A stretch of DNA of 63,773 nucleotides, the filler included, from Reticulomyxa filosa (lineage: Eukaryota; Protista; Foraminifera): the NCBI GenBank assembly GCA_000512085.1. It is 17 parts of 17 records of this genome, joined end to end, with 100 filler letters (N's around TTAATTAATTAA, not from the genome) between each part and the next. Parts side by side here need not be neighbours in the genome. Positions count along the whole stretch, not along the records: positions 23,368 to 24,761 come from ASPP01041013.1; positions 24,862 to 26,027 come from ASPP01001940.1; positions 26,128 to 27,180 come from ASPP01025730.1; positions 27,281 to 31,806 come from ASPP01019717.1; positions 31,907 to 38,048 come from ASPP01005512.1; positions 38,149 to 40,491 come from ASPP01004590.1; 11 more parts are not named here. One strand, given 5' to 3'. Every line of letters starts with the position of its first letter. Position 1 is the first letter of the stretch. Positions 23,681 through 38,301 of the stretch are shown here, piece by piece. The position numbers and the translations under genes are program-made. The notes under the pieces are model-generated. The model was given only the letters and a program-made list of their open reading frames with translations, searched no databases and was not told where the DNA came from.

Positions 23681-24894
23681 TGTTATTGAATCTTTTAAAG
23701 AACAACAATAGATAACATATTCAATGCTTTTTTGATAATATTTCAAAGAGGAGAATTGAAAAAAAAATTCAAAAATGGTTCAATCAAAAAGTGTATGTGT
23801 GAAGTCTCAATTCTCAAAGAGGGAAAGACTTAGTAAATGGAAAGATGATAACAAATCCCAAAAAAAAAAGAACATTAAAGATAAATTAAAGAAGTAGAAG
23901 ATCTAAATATCACTGAAGTAAATATTTTTGTCAACGTGGCTCAAGTTACACTTCAATGAGTCTTTTTCTTCAAGAAAGACTTAAAAGACTGCTTTTTTTT
24001 TTATTATAAGTATTCATAAGTGATACAAGCTTATTTTTGGCTTTTAAATGCTTATAAAAAATCTTTGAAATATTCTTTTTATTGATGCCACAGTGGAAGA
24101 GGGTGATGTAGAGGGAGTTTGCACCTGTCCAAAGCCTTGAAGAGTTGTGACGGCTATGAAAAATGTTCCGGACAGTGTATTGAGCAAGGAGGAGCATCTA
24201 TCATCCCGACTATGGCTCGGATGGCGGGTTTGGTGGAGGGGGTGGCTCTCACTGCGAAGGTTTGTTTGTAGAGTAACTCTTTTTTTTTTCCCCTCAAAGA
24301 AATACAACTTAAAACAAATGACTAATTGTAACAATCATTTCGCAGCAAGGAAAGCAATCCGTTCAAAAACAATATAATTTGTATTCAACAAAATTGAACC
24401 AGACAGTTTCTATGCTGTAAGAAGAAAAAAAGGAAAGGGAGAGAGAAAGTTTCTTCGTCATAACTTTTATATTTGTAATATCCGAATGAAGTCTCTCCAG
24501 AATATCCATTGCGCTCTACGAGATCAATTAACGAAAAACAGAAAGAGGACGTATTGGATAGATTACTTTTTGACTTGGAGGATTTGAAAAAAATGACGAA
24601 AAACAAACTGGACAATCTTAACAAAAACGGATTAATCAAGTATAGTCACAGCAACTGAAAAATTCTTGCATGAGTATATACACTTTTCTCCAATCGATGA
24701 GATCTTCCCTTTAAGAGTGTTTCTGTACATCTTTTCATATTTAAGTGTTGATGCACTTGCANNNNNNNNNNNNNNNNNNNNNNNNNNNNNNNNNNNNNNN
24801 NNNNNTTAATTAATTAANNNNNNNNNNNNNNNNNNNNNNNNNNNNNNNNNNNNNNNNNNNNTTTGTCGAATAAAAAAATGAAAGGTTTTCCTTT

Positions 24895-25160
24895 GAAAAG
24901 AAAAGTGAGGTGATATTAAACTTGTTTGATTTGATTAAATGCAAGCATTGGAAAGATTTGCTTTATTTTACTTTGTTGTTTAAAAAATTGAAAAGCATAA
25001 TAAATGAAAGTTATATTCAAGTAGCAAAATAAATTGCAAGATATTTCAAGTATTGTGTTTTTTGTATAGAATTAAACACGATTGTCTTTGTAGTAATTCG
25101 TGACATAAATCTTTTCTATTTTGAAGAATATGGAATATTATTAAAAACTTGAAATATTGA
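24895..25160. repeat. Dispersed repeat / decayed multicopy family, copy 2
   Basis: Homologous to 23390-23680, but lacks the ~30-nt segment CGCTGCGTTCAATGTCTTTTAAAGAATCG. Confidence 0.8.
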
Positions 25161-27789
25161 ACCCTTTCAAAGATTACAACGAAGATATAAAAAAATTTGT
25201 TAAAATTGGATAAATGAAAAAGGTGTTAATAAATTTGAAATGTAGATAACAAAGTAAGTAAAGTTCTTTTAAATATATTGAAAATTGTCGAACTATGAAG
25301 AAATAATATTTAATTTAAATAAATATTCATAAATTATGTAGTCTTTAAATATGATTTTAAGTTTATTCTTTATTTCATCTCTCCTTATTGTTTCAAAAAT
25401 TGTAATCTTTTGTTAACAAATGATGGCAGAATAAACTTTAAAGTTGAGATATTTTTTAAAATTTGTTGTTCATTTTTTTCGTTGTGTTCAAGTGCTGTTA
25501 GAATTAGCAAACGAAATAAAGTAATGCTAAAATTTAGATCAAAGTGATTTTAGGAAATGAAAGAAAAGACATAGTTGCTTTGTTTAATTCATTATTCATT
25601 TAAAAAAATGGTAAGAAAATATCTGCACATTTGGTCTTTCTTAAATTTGTGATCTTCCTTTTGTTTACAAAACTTTTGCATTCTTGATCACAAAACTATT
25701 CTTTACAATAGCATGTTATTGCCACAGTTTTTGTTTCATGCTGCGTTTATTGTAACTGTTCTTTTTTGAACTGTTTTCCAAAATAATTGACAGTAGGTTG
25801 CATAAAAAACTGAACACCTGAAATGCCACCTCATGAAGATTATTGATTTTTTCCATGAGAAACAGACATTTAATCCTAATTTTTTAAAAAAATATCTACA
25901 AATGTTGTAGTTTTTACATTTAAAATTTTTTTTTCAGAGGACTTATAATTTTTTTTTAGTTGCTTTTAAAATTTTTTTTAAGGTAATTTTGACAATTTTT
26001 TATTTTTTTTTTTGCTGAAGTAAAATTNNNNNNNNNNNNNNNNNNNNNNNNNNNNNNNNNNNNNNNNNNNNTTAATTAATTAANNNNNNNNNNNNNNNNN
26101 NNNNNNNNNNNNNNNNNNNNNNNNNNNCACAAAATTAAACGACAAAAAAAGAAGAGCCAGTTGTGGCAAAGGCAGATTGAGATGCACTTGCGACGCAAAC
26201 TGAATAATCGCAATAATAGTTCAAATGACCAAACAAATGGATACAATGACGTGTGGCGAAAGACGGACATTGACAAGACATAATAAGTAATTTGTATTTA
26301 TTGATTATACATTTGTCGGAAAGGGCAAATATATATGTATATGTATATGTATATATGTATGTATACATGGGATGCGAATAATGTATTCTCAAAAATTTCA
26401 GAAGGTATGTGGAGATGTGCGATAATCGGTGGAGTAGAAATAGAGAATATTAAAATGGAGCATACAAAAGAAAAGGAAAAATCATTAATTAGCAAAGAAC
26501 CGCAAAGTAATTGCATTTGGAAAGCAAGAAAAGCATTATTGGTATTTGGTTTGATAATATGTAATCCTCGTATTTTCAATTGAATTGCAATGATAATATC
26601 AATGTGGATAATTTTAATGAATGTATTGAATGCTGTGAGGAACAGGCTATTGAATGGAAATTTCCAATTCATCAATCAAAATGGGAATGATGGCAGTAAT
26701 ATTTCATATCATTGTCTAAAAAAAAACTGAACAAGTTTCTAATGTATTGGGCTGTCAATCGAAATATCATATTCATTAAAGTGGAAAATTCAAAAGAAAG
26801 AAATATCATTGAATGAGGGAACCCATCCTTTTTTTTTAATATCTGGAATATTTTTGTTGTTTAAAATATGTATTGAATTAAAAATGGAAAAGGCAAATTA
26901 GATACATTTTACTCAGGTGGTATGACATTCAGACACGCCTATGAAAAAGGGGTTTTATGGGTGATTGGAGTTGCAACATTGTGAAGCTTTTGATGGAGTT
27001 GAAATCATGGAATAAAATGAGTTTGGTGGTTGTTCATAGAGATCATTGTATTATTTGAGTTTGTATAAAATATTGAATTCTATTTTGGTACGGTTTGACA
27101 ATTGATGGAATTCAAATCAAGTGGTTCAAATATTCATAAAAACAAAGAATGGTTGAAAAAGCAACCGAATTGAAAGATAANNNNNNNNNNNNNNNNNNNN
27201 NNNNNNNNNNNNNNNNNNNNNNNNTTAATTAATTAANNNNNNNNNNNNNNNNNNNNNNNNNNNNNNNNNNNNNNNNNNNNTATTTGCTATTTATTCAGTA
27301 AATTAACATTTTGACTAAAAACAATATATCAAAATTAAAATTGAATAATTATCGTAAAAAACATACCACAAACAAAAAATTCATTAAAAAAACAAAAAAG
27401 AATTGGCAAATTTCATGAATATAATGTCAACTTTTTTCCGAAAATTTCAAAAAAATCCAATGAAAAGATTCAAATTTTTGAAAAAATTTCGAAAGATAAA
27501 ATAAACAATAAATCCAAAACAATATTTAAAAACTATATAATTCGTACCTATTTTCCTTCAAAAAAAAATTGATTAAATATTGTTTTTTCATTGAGAAAAT
27601 TAATCATCTTCATAAAGTATCGTTTTATGTGTTTTCTTTTTTATTCTACTGTATTTATACGTGTATATTTGTTATTAACAATAGTTAAAGTTTGAATTAG
27701 ATTATTAAATGTAAATTATTTTAAGTAATGTAATATGAAATCAATTACATTATTACTTAAATTGAAAAAATATTGAATGATTCATGATT

Positions 27790-28330
27790 TCACCAAATTT
27801 TTGAGTAAAAATCGACAATGCATTTTCATAATACTTCTTTGCTTCCATTTTGCTATCATTACTAAGATTAATTTCCTAAAAGATCATATGATTTACCAAC
27901 ATCTAAATGATTAGAATCCAATCTAATGTTTTCTTTCCAAATTCCATCGCTTTGCAAATTCTTGTTTTCTAAAATAAACGGATGCCAAATTTTCGCATGA
28001 AGTAAGCAACATTAAGATGATCATGTCCAAATTTATCCAAACTAATTTTTAATGATTTTTCATCATATTCAATTGCTTTATCGTATTCTTTTTTGTCATA
28101 ATATGCTCTACTTAACCAAAAATAAGATTTTGAAACATCAATATTATTAGAATCATGTAATATATGCAATCTAATAAAAAGTGCAAAACGAAATAATTCA
28201 ATTGATTCATCAATTTTGAATTATTTATTTATCTATTCCTGACTCTATTAATGATTTAGATCAATAAGCCAAGAACAAGTACATTTCCAATTCCATTATA
28301 ATACAATCAACATAAACGCATCCATTAATT
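27790..28330 (-). pseudogene. TPR-repeat pseudogene
   Basis: DVSKSYFWLSRAYYDKKEYDKAIEYDEKSLKISLDKFGHDHLNVA is the same 42-aa TPR class as 2-838. Flanking repeats are broken by stops and frameshifts. Confidence 0.75.
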
Positions 28331-28626
28331 GTAATATTATCAAATATTTTTTTTTTTTTATCGATCGCATTATCCTGGAGATTTTAACAATAAAAATTAT
28401 AAAAGTGATAATAAAAATATAATAGAGATTTGTATAATATTTCTAGAAAAATGTATAGGATTTTTGCTTATGGAAAATATTGATTAGAGTTTATTGGAAA
28501 TTGGCAATTGTTATTTTCTTATTGGGAAAAAAAGCACGTAGAGAATGATAAGTATCATCTCTTTAACTAATATAAAAGGGTGTGTATATATGAAGTAAGT
28601 GCATACATAAATGCAATTTACTCTAA

Positions 28627-30694
28627 TCAAAAAGCATCACTTGCTTCACAGTTGTCATCTCTCAATTGACATACATTGTTGGGAATTGCCCCGTCGGCGA
28701 CTATTTTCCACAACCCATGCAATCTTGAAAAATTGAGAGATAACCAACTTTGTTGATTCACGCCAATATCATCTTGTCCATGGCTATCCACATAAGGGCT
28801 AGGAATTGCAATTGCTGCATGCTCATACATTAATATGACGATAGACTGCTGAAGACACATGAATAATCCTTTTCCAAGGCCGCAATGTTTGGAGTGGATT
28901 GTCAGAGCCCCTTTTTCGTTGCTGCGACAGCAGCGTAAGCACAAGAAAGCACCACAAAAAAGACATATAGCACTATTTTTTGGAATTTGCGCTGCAAAAC
29001 ATTTTTCTTTGCAGGTTCGCTGTTTGAGATTCAAATCAACAAAAATGTGTCGATATACACGGCAGTGCAAAGCAAAGCAAAGCAAAGCAAAGCAAAACAA
29101 ACAGAAGCCAGCATGAAAAGACAAAACTATGTACAAGTCCGCAAATGTATGTGGCATGGAAACCAAAGAGATGGGAGAAATCGAATCGACTCCGCGCATG
29201 CATTTGATATATTGGCAGTGTGCATTCGTGAGCCTTTCAAAAAAAGTTTGAGTCCAGCACTGCATAACGCTGAGTACATTGGCTTTGTCATTGTCTTGGG
29301 CCGTATTTGTGCCAAACGTGAATGTGACATACTCACGGAGTGTGGGCAAGAATAAGGCCCGACATATGGCATCACACTCGGCTATTACTTTTGCGGGTTC
29401 AAATACATTAGGATCATTTTGTAATAGCATGGGCAACGTAGCGGAATTGATAGAAAGACAGCTCCACAGTAAGTCCAAGTCCAATTGGATGAGACCAGTG
29501 GAATAAAGCAAGATATAACATCTACGTAAAAATGGGAGCACAAAGAAGCACAAGCGTTCGATGATGCCGCCTTTCATAGGCACTCGTTTTTTGTTTTCTT
29601 CCTTCATTTCGTCTTTGCTTTCATTTTCATCAATGATTATTGTCTGCAGGATTGTCATCCATTTCAACGGCGATGAGCGCGAATCTAGCTTTGCAGTCGC
29701 TTCTTTTTCTTCTTCTTCGACAATATCTGTGAGTAACACTTGCAACAATTTCCATACATAGCAGCTCAACAGCACATGATATAGATCGTTGATGGTGGGA
29801 CTGACAAGTGGCTCCATTTCGGCACACCACTCCAAATCATCGGTGTTTCGGAGTGAAAACAGATAAGGATGCGTGAGAAACGCTCTTACCATGACGTGGA
29901 AAGGATCTTGGGTATGTACGGCATTCTCATAGCTGAGGACATTGTCGCTCACATCATTGTAATGTATTGTTTCGTCATTAGCATACATGTCATTGACGGT
30001 GCTGTCTTGACCAAACAGCATAAACAAGCGCATCCAACAGCTTTGATAGAGCCGGTGCATCGCTCGATCCGTGAACATGACCGACGTCTCGTCCACGACT
30101 CGGACCAAAGAGTACGTCGTAAACAATCGCCAAATGCTAGTAATGGCGGTGTTATGGAATTGCAACTGGGTGTAGAGATGGTCATAGATATCCTGGCGAG
30201 TGTAAATGCGAAAACGAGTTTCCAGACTGCTGATACTGTGAGATAACACATCACACAACATTAATGGAAATATATCGTCTTCCATCGAACTTCCGACATA
30301 TCTTATCTCCTGCCATCCGAACTCGATCGTATCTGTCTCCGTTTCATTTTTGTAATACAATATATTGTTAAGTTGACTAAGATATTTTTTTTTCGGTGCT
30401 TGCTGGTTCGCTTGTAAGCTGCTCAATACCTCATCTGTGCATGTAACACAGGAATACTGCGTGCACAAACATGCATATTGTGTTTGAACAACGTACCGTT
30501 GATGATAGCGCCGGCAATTTCCAAGTCTTGTTGTGGTTGATCTTGAAATGCAAATTTGGGCATTATTGTGAAATAGTCGATTTGTGGAATAATTTGTTCC
30601 TTTTTACCAAACACGTGCAGCGGCTGTTCCAGGAATTGGGGATAACGATACGCTTTTTCTAAAGGCAGTAGCATGTTTGACAATGTCTATCAAT

Positions 30695-30730
<36 letters not shown>

Positions 30731-31744
30731 GCAATGTGTTGAAATGGAACTCTTAATTAAAAATCTATACCACACAAAACATTGCATTTGGGACAGACAA
30801 ATTCATGATGCGACAGACGCAACGTATTCTTGCCAAAGTAGGGCTTGCTTTCGTTATGCGTTTGGTGAATGCGAGACGTGTACGTCGCAAAGCAAGAAAA
30901 GTGAATGGCGTGGCCACAAAAAGTCCATGTCACGCCTTGTCGGTGAGACACACTAGATTTCGAGGGCGTGGTGTTGAGATTGGGTATCCTACGATTCGTA
31001 TCGTCCACACATCGATGCAATGTGTTCGATCGCTATTCCAAATAACATATCACATATACGTATATATATATATATATATATTTTTTTTAACGGTAGCGAT
31101 GCAATGAAACCCATCGGTTCGGACATTGCTGCCAATTGTTGACACACAACGCATAGATAGTCAAGCCCAACGCCGCAGGAGGCAAACAAAGGCTGTTGTT
31201 CCTTGTACTCATCGACGTCAGCGCACTCGTGGATTAAAGCTTGGTTTTTTTGCGTAAACAAATGTTTACGTTTTTTGATTTTGGCAATGGCTCTTTTTTT
31301 GGCTTTCGATGCTCTTTGCGCTCTTTGCGCTCTTTGCGCTTGGACGGCGTCACGGTACTGTTTTGACTGTGTCGGAGTCCAGTATGGGAGTATGCTTTCA
31401 TTCAACAACTCAATGTTCAGATCACAGCACTGCAACAATATGCGTTCAATAAGCGCTGTGATGTCGGAATCTTGTGTCTGTGATGACAGCGAGGTACGTA
31501 GTAATATTTGACACAAGTACCATACAACCGTCCCAACACCTCTTGGCAAATCGATATCCTTGCTGCTACGTGATTGGACTACATTCACAGGCTTCTTTTC
31601 CAAAATCTCTTCTTTCACGTCGGCGTGTTGCTGTCTCTTTTGTATGCGAGACTGGAGATCGTGTTCAGCCAATTGTCTTACTCGTTTCTGTGAGTGCTCA
31701 AGGACTGCGTCTCTGCTCACGTCAACTTTCGTATATGTATACAT
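28627..31744 (-). CDS. UBR1/PRT6-like N-recognin E3 ubiquitin ligase, C-terminal half (RING-H2 + C-terminal Cys/His domain); multi-exon
   Basis: Basic helix then CVVCQQ...TFCGHAIHFSCF...EFVCPKC (split RING). C-terminal CLFCGAFLC..CC....GALTIHSKHCGLGKGLF...SPYVDSHGQDD. Includes a stop-free 108-nt intron at 29020-29127 with (TTTGC)n. Confidence 0.9.
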
Positions 31745-31746
31745 AC

Positions 31747-31755
<9 letters not shown>

Positions 31756-31806
<51 letters not shown>
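31756..31806. repeat. (TA)n microsatellite at contig end
   Basis: Direct inspection. Other contigs also break at simple repeats: (CTT)n near 12773-12803, and poly-T at 38149, 61445 and 63737. Confidence 0.9.
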
Positions 31807-31906
31807 NNNNNNNNNNNNNNNNNNNNNNNNNNNNNNNNNNNNNNNNNNNNTTAATTAATTAANNNNNNNNNNNNNNNNNNNNNNNNNNNNNNNNNNNNNN
31901 NNNNNN

Positions 31907-32383
31907 GCAAAAACATCACACCAATTCGCGATAATATTTGACGAGACAAAGAACAAGGACAAAGGACAAAGGACAAAGGACAAAGGACAAAGGGTAAAGG
32001 GGTACAAATAACAATACAGGATTTAAGGGCGTGGGCAACATTTTTTAGCAATTCGTTCACTGCGTCATTGCTCGCCAACTTCACTACACATTTCAACAAT
32101 GTGCGGCAATCCTCTGATCGCAAAATCTCCACCGTGTTTCCATCATTTCCAACAGACAAAGCACCAGTTGCTCAACGTGCTCATTTTGCAGTAGCTCAAA
32201 CACTGCAAGCCAAAATTTCATTATGAACAACGTACTTTCCGTTGTTTTAGTGTGCACGTACGAGGCAGCATTAAATAAGGAATTTTTTGCCCTCAATGGT
32301 GATTGTCGGGCAAATGCATAACTCGCTGAAATAAACCCTCCCAACGATTTTATGGAATCTGATAATTCCTCCGCTCGTTTCAT
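31907..32383 (-). CDS. Hypothetical helical protein, 5' portion
   Basis: MKRAEELSDSIKSL... ORF plus an overlapping frame LRSEDCRTLLKCVVKLAS. No family recognised. Confidence 0.35.
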
Positions 32384-32919
32384 TTTTTTTTTTTTTTCAA
32401 AACTTACTCTTTTGCTTCTTCTATTCAAGTACTTTTTATACAAAAACTTGAAAACTTGCAGAAGCAAGGATAGAATTGAATTGCTTTGTTTGTTTCGACA
32501 TCTATTAAATTGATTAAAAAAATATACATAATCAAAAACGATTGGCAAGATCAATGTTTCCAAAATTTAAAAATAATGTCTATTTCATTAATATGAAACA
32601 AATTGCTATAAAATTTTTTTTTATGATATCACACACAATATTTTTACTTTGTTCAAAATTATTTTTAAATTACTATTATAGTTTCAAAAATTTGCAAAAT
32701 TTTTTTAACATTTCAATTTGTTTAAAAATATTTTTATATTCCACATAATTGTTTCCTGCTCTCAATTTTGGTAAGTATAAGATTTAGTCATGGTTAAATT
32801 AAAAAAATCCAATAAAACTAATAATTTTTTCGGGATATGTTGCCAATAAGGGGCTAAATTTTTTAATATAATTTTTGGACATAAAATCGCGATATTCTGT
32901 ATAGTTGCACCCCAATAAA

Positions 32920-34611
32920 ATGGATAGAATAGATGAAAACGTAGTAGAAGAATGGTATTACTCGAGAGTGGTAGGAGAATCCTTGGGAATGCTAGCCACT
33001 GCGTGTTTCACAATACAGTAACGACGAAGAGAAAATTTTTTTTATTTTAAATGCAAAGAAGGCCAAAAAATCAGAAAAGAGAGAGGAGGTGGGATGATAA
33101 CAAGAGGAAAAAAGGGGGTAGGGAGTAGGAGCAAGGGAAAAAAAAGGTCGAAAGAACGAAAAAAAATGGTTCGTAATTTTTTATTGTTACATCCTTTTTT
33201 TTTTAATTGAATTTAACAAAAAGATACATTCCTCAAGCCGTAAAAAACTATCAGCGAAAATCGTGCAAAGGTTTTTCGTCGGCTGGGATAGTGATAAAGT
33301 TGATCGGTGCAGCCTTTTTGATGGTGAATTCATTTTTGATGGGGGGTATGTGTGTTTGGATAGAACACGAATAGTTTTCCTGTGTTTTTTTTTTTGGGGG
33401 GAGGGGGTGATTTTGTTTAGTTTGTGTACATGCACTCGCAACATCGTTTGTTTGGGTGTATTGCAATGTATGCGTATGCGTGTGTGTATGTATGTGTGTA
33501 ATTTAAAGAGACATGGAGTGTCGTATTGTATGGTCTCTTTGCAGTATGTCAACATTCAGTGTTTATGGTGCAGTTATGTGTATTTCATAATGTATACCTA
33601 ACAAACATATATTATATATATATATATATGTTTGTTAGGTTTATGTATTTTATGATTTTGTTTGGCATGTGTTTTGTGCACATCTCAAACACATGTTTAA
33701 AAAAAAAAAATAAAAAAAAATTAGATTGATTGTCAAGGTTTGTGGTGTATGGCCACGATCCAAAGTATTACCTGTGGATATTATTTCCAATAATTCCTTT
33801 TCTTCTTGGAAGTTTATATCCCAGTTCTATCCAATGGACTACTTCAGTCAAACCTGTTGCACAAATTTTGAGGTTCTATTCTGTGTTTTTTGTTTCATGT
33901 ATCTTTTACTTTTGCATGCTTGGGTAATCATATGCATATCTGCGCGCGGGAGGAAATCTTGTTTATTTGGGCTGTGAGACGTCTTGTGCATGTTTGTGCG
34001 TTTGTTTTTTTTTTTTTAAAAAGTCATATTCCACAGCTTCAAGAATGTTACAAATTGAAGAGCACTAGCGGCGTATCATTACAATCTCAACATTTGAATA
34101 TTGTCGGTGGCATTTCTGGGCTTTTCATGTGCTTTTTAATAACACCCAAAGTTTCATTCTTCATCACTTGCACACTCACTTCTTATCTCACGCACATCCA
34201 CATACAATAAATAAAAAAGGTCACGGGTAGAAAGAGAGAGAGAGAGGGGAGAAAAAAAAGAAAGTGTCAAACACCTCCTTTTTTTTCTCCCTCACCTCCC
34301 CCCCCCTCTTTTTCTTTAAGTACGGACCTAATGTTTGTTGTGTAGAGGGTGAGTTGTTTTTTTCCTGTTTGATCGACATGTACAAACAATGTTGTTGGGG
34401 TGTACAGAGTGGGTGGACATACTGCCTGTATTTGTTTTCCATGTTTCAAGCATTGTCCCTTTATTGGTGTGCTATTTATTATGACAATTATCGATTCGGT
34501 CTGAACACAAATCGAAAGAAATCGCCACCGAGCAAAGAAACTGACATCGAAACACAATCTTTTCTAGGCTCTAATGTCGATCGTAATGATGCCAAAGACA
34601 TTTCCTTATAA
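32920..34611 (+). CDS. PQ-loop repeat membrane transporter (cystinosin/PQLC family), multi-exon
   Basis: Spliced product has two PQ loops (YIPQAVKNYQRKSCKGFS and HIPQLQECYKLKSTSGVS) and hydrophobic helices. The tail carries ETQSFL, resembling an acidic dileucine lysosomal sorting signal. Confidence 0.88.
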
Positions 34612-35962
34612 CCTCGATCCCGATAGATACAAGATCACGCCTCTTCTTTATTTTGCTATTTGATAAAATAATAAATTACTTAAAAAAAAAAAGCATAAAC
34701 GAACATCGTCATTTGACAAAGGTGCAATGGGAACTAATGTTTCACGTTGTTTCTGTTTCCACACGCAAAATTTTACTTTGCATATTCAAAAAAAAAAATT
34801 GAATGCAAACATACAGTTTTAATTCGAGTTGTATGTTGAATTCAACGGATCACCATCCCCACTTTAAATCCTTTCCGTTGTTTCTGGTGCATGTTTTTTA
34901 TCTTTTCATATTTTTGAAAATAAAATAACAAGGTTATGTCATCAATGAAATATAATGGCATATCGGATCTGAAAATTGAATTTTCATCCAGTTTCATCAG
35001 CAGGCGTGTCGATCCACCGGGTCTTTTTTTTTGCGGTCGATTGTACATAAGCCATCTAACAAACGGAAAGGCTGATGATTGAAACTTTTGTTGATTCTTT
35101 GATTAAACACAAACTCTTTGATCGATCTTAATGTCAAAATCTTTCATTCGAATGTTCGTATAATGTCAAGCACAAAATAAAGTATTTTTGTGACAACATT
35201 TTGTCAAGATGAACAATATAAATTTAGATAAATTGAAAAATCTGTTTGAAATGCCTTATCTTATAAACAATTTTGTATTACTTGTCCGTTTTGTCCATAT
35301 TTTTATTCAACAATCACATCAAAGATATTGCAAATATATCGACTACTTATATTGACATAATATCTTGATTTTTTATTACTTTTTTCGTCTAACAATCACA
35401 TGATCCATTCAAAATACGTTGTATCAATTTTTTTTTTAAAGATAAAAGAAGTGTGATTCATGTTACATAAATAGGGCATGATTATTAATATTTTTCTTTA
35501 GACAAAAAATTATTATTTTCAAAAAAAAATAAAAATTATATGAATAAAATGCCCTTGACTTGGGCAATAATTGGGCGTATTCTCATCTAATAATCACAAT
35601 TTTTAAATTTAATTATACCCTCAAATGTCATCACATGTAACACACTTTTTTATAATAAAATTTACATTGTTAATAAATTTATGTCAAACATCGATTTTTT
35701 AAATTTGTTAAAATACACAAAAGAAAATATTGGAATTGATGGAAATTGATTCAAGAAATATAGTTTGATTAAATTTTTTTCACGTTTACATAAAACTGAA
35801 ATCAACTTTACATTAACATAGGAAATATTTAGTGTTTATTCTGTATTTAATTAGTACAATTTTAGTTACGAATTTTGCTTCAACATGAAACAAACATCAT
35901 TATTTTTTGTGAAAGCATCGAAAAGTTTTTTGAGATGACTTTTTATTGTTATTTGATTTCAA

Positions 35963-37314
35963 TCAAAGAGTAGGAAGGAATAGTTTATACTTAGTTCCAG
36001 GGACAACAACACTGTCAATTTCGAGTGGCGCGATGTCACATTTAAGTTTGTGATTGTAGGCGATATAGTCGTTTTGCTCATCAAGACATTTTGCAACTGT
36101 CTGACAAACCAGCTTATTGATTGGCCAAGTGTCAACAACGGTAACAAAATCGTGTAGCTATATATAAATAAAGCATGACGAACAGATATTGTATATAACA
36201 TATTTCTGGATAAAGCATAATAATTGGGAAAACAAATATAAACTGAGAGCCAGGTAGCAGCAGCAATTTCACTGGGACATATGGAAATGTCCATATTGAG
36301 AGGGAACAAACGACAAATGGCATAAAGATCAGTGATCTTATGATTGGTTTGACCAAAGCGATAATTGCTTTGATGGCGAAAGCCAACAATAGACTGAAAC
36401 TGTGTGCGAATACCTGTTTCCTCAAATACTTCACGAATGGCAGCACCTTCAATTGCTTCATTCGGATCAACCAAGCCACCTTATTCAATACAACCACACA
36501 CACGTTTCTTTGTGTGTCAGTTGGCCATTTCATCTGAGTAAAAAACAATATTTCACATGCAACAAACCTGGCAATTTCCATTTCACTTTTTCAACAGCAG
36601 AAAGCTTTTCTTTTACTACCAATATTTCTTTCTTTTCATTTATTACCATTCCAGCAACAGCTTACATTTGTTTAAGTTTTTTTTTTTATAGTGTTTTAAA
36701 AACCCCTTTTTTTTAAAGTTCTGCTCTTTTTAAAAAAAAAGTTACCTAACTGTGTAAAGGGTGTCGGAGGTAGTTTAGATTCTTTGTTTTCGCTTATCCA
36801 TTTGGACAATGTCAAGTTTTTTCCCCCGCAAATGTGATATTCAAATCCTCTCCATTACAAATACACACCATCAAAACAAACAATAAAAATTAAGCTTTTT
36901 TGATTAAAAAAAAAAGGGGGCTCCTCCCTCTCTCTTACTGGTTGATCAAAACGGGTAATAAATGGGCATGTTCAATTGATGTGGACATCCACACTGCGGA
37001 GAATTTTTTGCTTTGCCTGATTTTGTTTATTTTACTGGGTGCTATATTTTGAGAGAAAGAGCGAAAAAAAACAAAAATACCAACCAATACTCCAACGATA
37101 ATTTCAGCTGACTCTCGAATTTTTTTGGGTCGTGAAGGCACTCGATTTTTGTCACGTCAACAAAAATATTGCTGAAGTGGCGAACTTCGGCTGGAAACAC
37201 GTCACGCTCAGAAGTAAATTTTATCTTTGTATAGTACACTGGCAACAATGTGCGCTTAAATGAGGACAAAAAAGCTGTTCTTATTCCTCGAGAAAGTAAG
37301 CGAGAACCGAGCAT
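35963..37314 (-). CDS. Nudix hydrolase, NUDT6-like, with probable mitochondrial presequence; multi-exon
   Basis: WKLPG|GLVDPNEAIEGAAIREVFEETGI is an intact Nudix box, followed by FRHQ...FG..DLY.ICRL. The N-terminus MLGSRLLSRGIRTAFLSSFKR is Arg/Ser/Leu-rich with no acidic residues. Confidence 0.88.
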
Positions 37315-38148
37315 GATTAATTTTTTGTACGGATATTCTTTTCAGAGATTATATCACCTTTTTTAGTTTTGTTGTAAGGTCTATAATTTACAACGTCTCT
37401 TTGAATATTGGGCCAGGTTTTTTATATATTTAGTGTACACATAGACATGTATTATCATTACTTTAGCTTTGAAGTGGCTCCTCTTAAAACGATATCTTTC
37501 ATCAACAGTTCTAAATTGTTAATCTTTTGAACTAAATCAACTTTACTTTGCACAAAATAATTACATTGAAAAGAAAGTATTTCATTCAAACAGGCACAGC
37601 ACACAATTACAATGCAATACAAAAGTAAATATTTAACAATATTTTCAGTTTTTTGCAACAAATCACAAATTAGTATAATATTATTTAAAATGCTAAAGTT
37701 TAACAATTACTTATTTACTAATTAAAAAAATACGAACAAATTTTTGACGTCATTGAAATACTCATACTTATCGTTATTCTCTTTGTTTTGTAAAAATCTG
37801 AAAAAATTTGATTAAAAAATGAAATTTAAACGAATGAAAGCACTGAAGTTGTTTAAGTAAAACGTATTGCTTTCGCTTGTTGAGACTAACATGAATAACT
37901 TTTATCATTTATGTCATACCAGTATTGTTTGTGTCGTATCGTGCTGCTAGACTCACTGTTGCGCTATTTCGCTTGCTGTTAATCTTTAGTTGTTTGATTC
38001 ATTTTATAAGTTGTTTATCTTGATTATCTTTCGTGCTAATGTTTTTTTNNNNNNNNNNNNNNNNNNNNNNNNNNNNNNNNNNNNNNNNNNNNTTAATTAA
38101 TTAANNNNNNNNNNNNNNNNNNNNNNNNNNNNNNNNNNNNNNNNNNNN

Positions 38149-38188
<40 letters not shown>

Positions 38189-38301
38189 GTTCAATCCCCT
38201 CCTTCTTTGATAGAAGGAAGAGGGAACACAATAAACAAAGTTCATTTTGTAAAAATTCAGATAATTTTTTTTTTTACACTAATAAATAAAAAAACAACAC
38301 C

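Noticed and set aside
26128-27180. Coding-like AT-rich contig
   Set aside because: Stops in all frames and no recognisable motif; probably a decayed gene but not assignable.
28627-30468. 613-aa ORF as one uninterrupted exon with a hydrophobic FALLCFAL segment
   Set aside because: That segment is a 108-nt stop-free GT-AG intron (29020-29127) made of (TTTGC)n.
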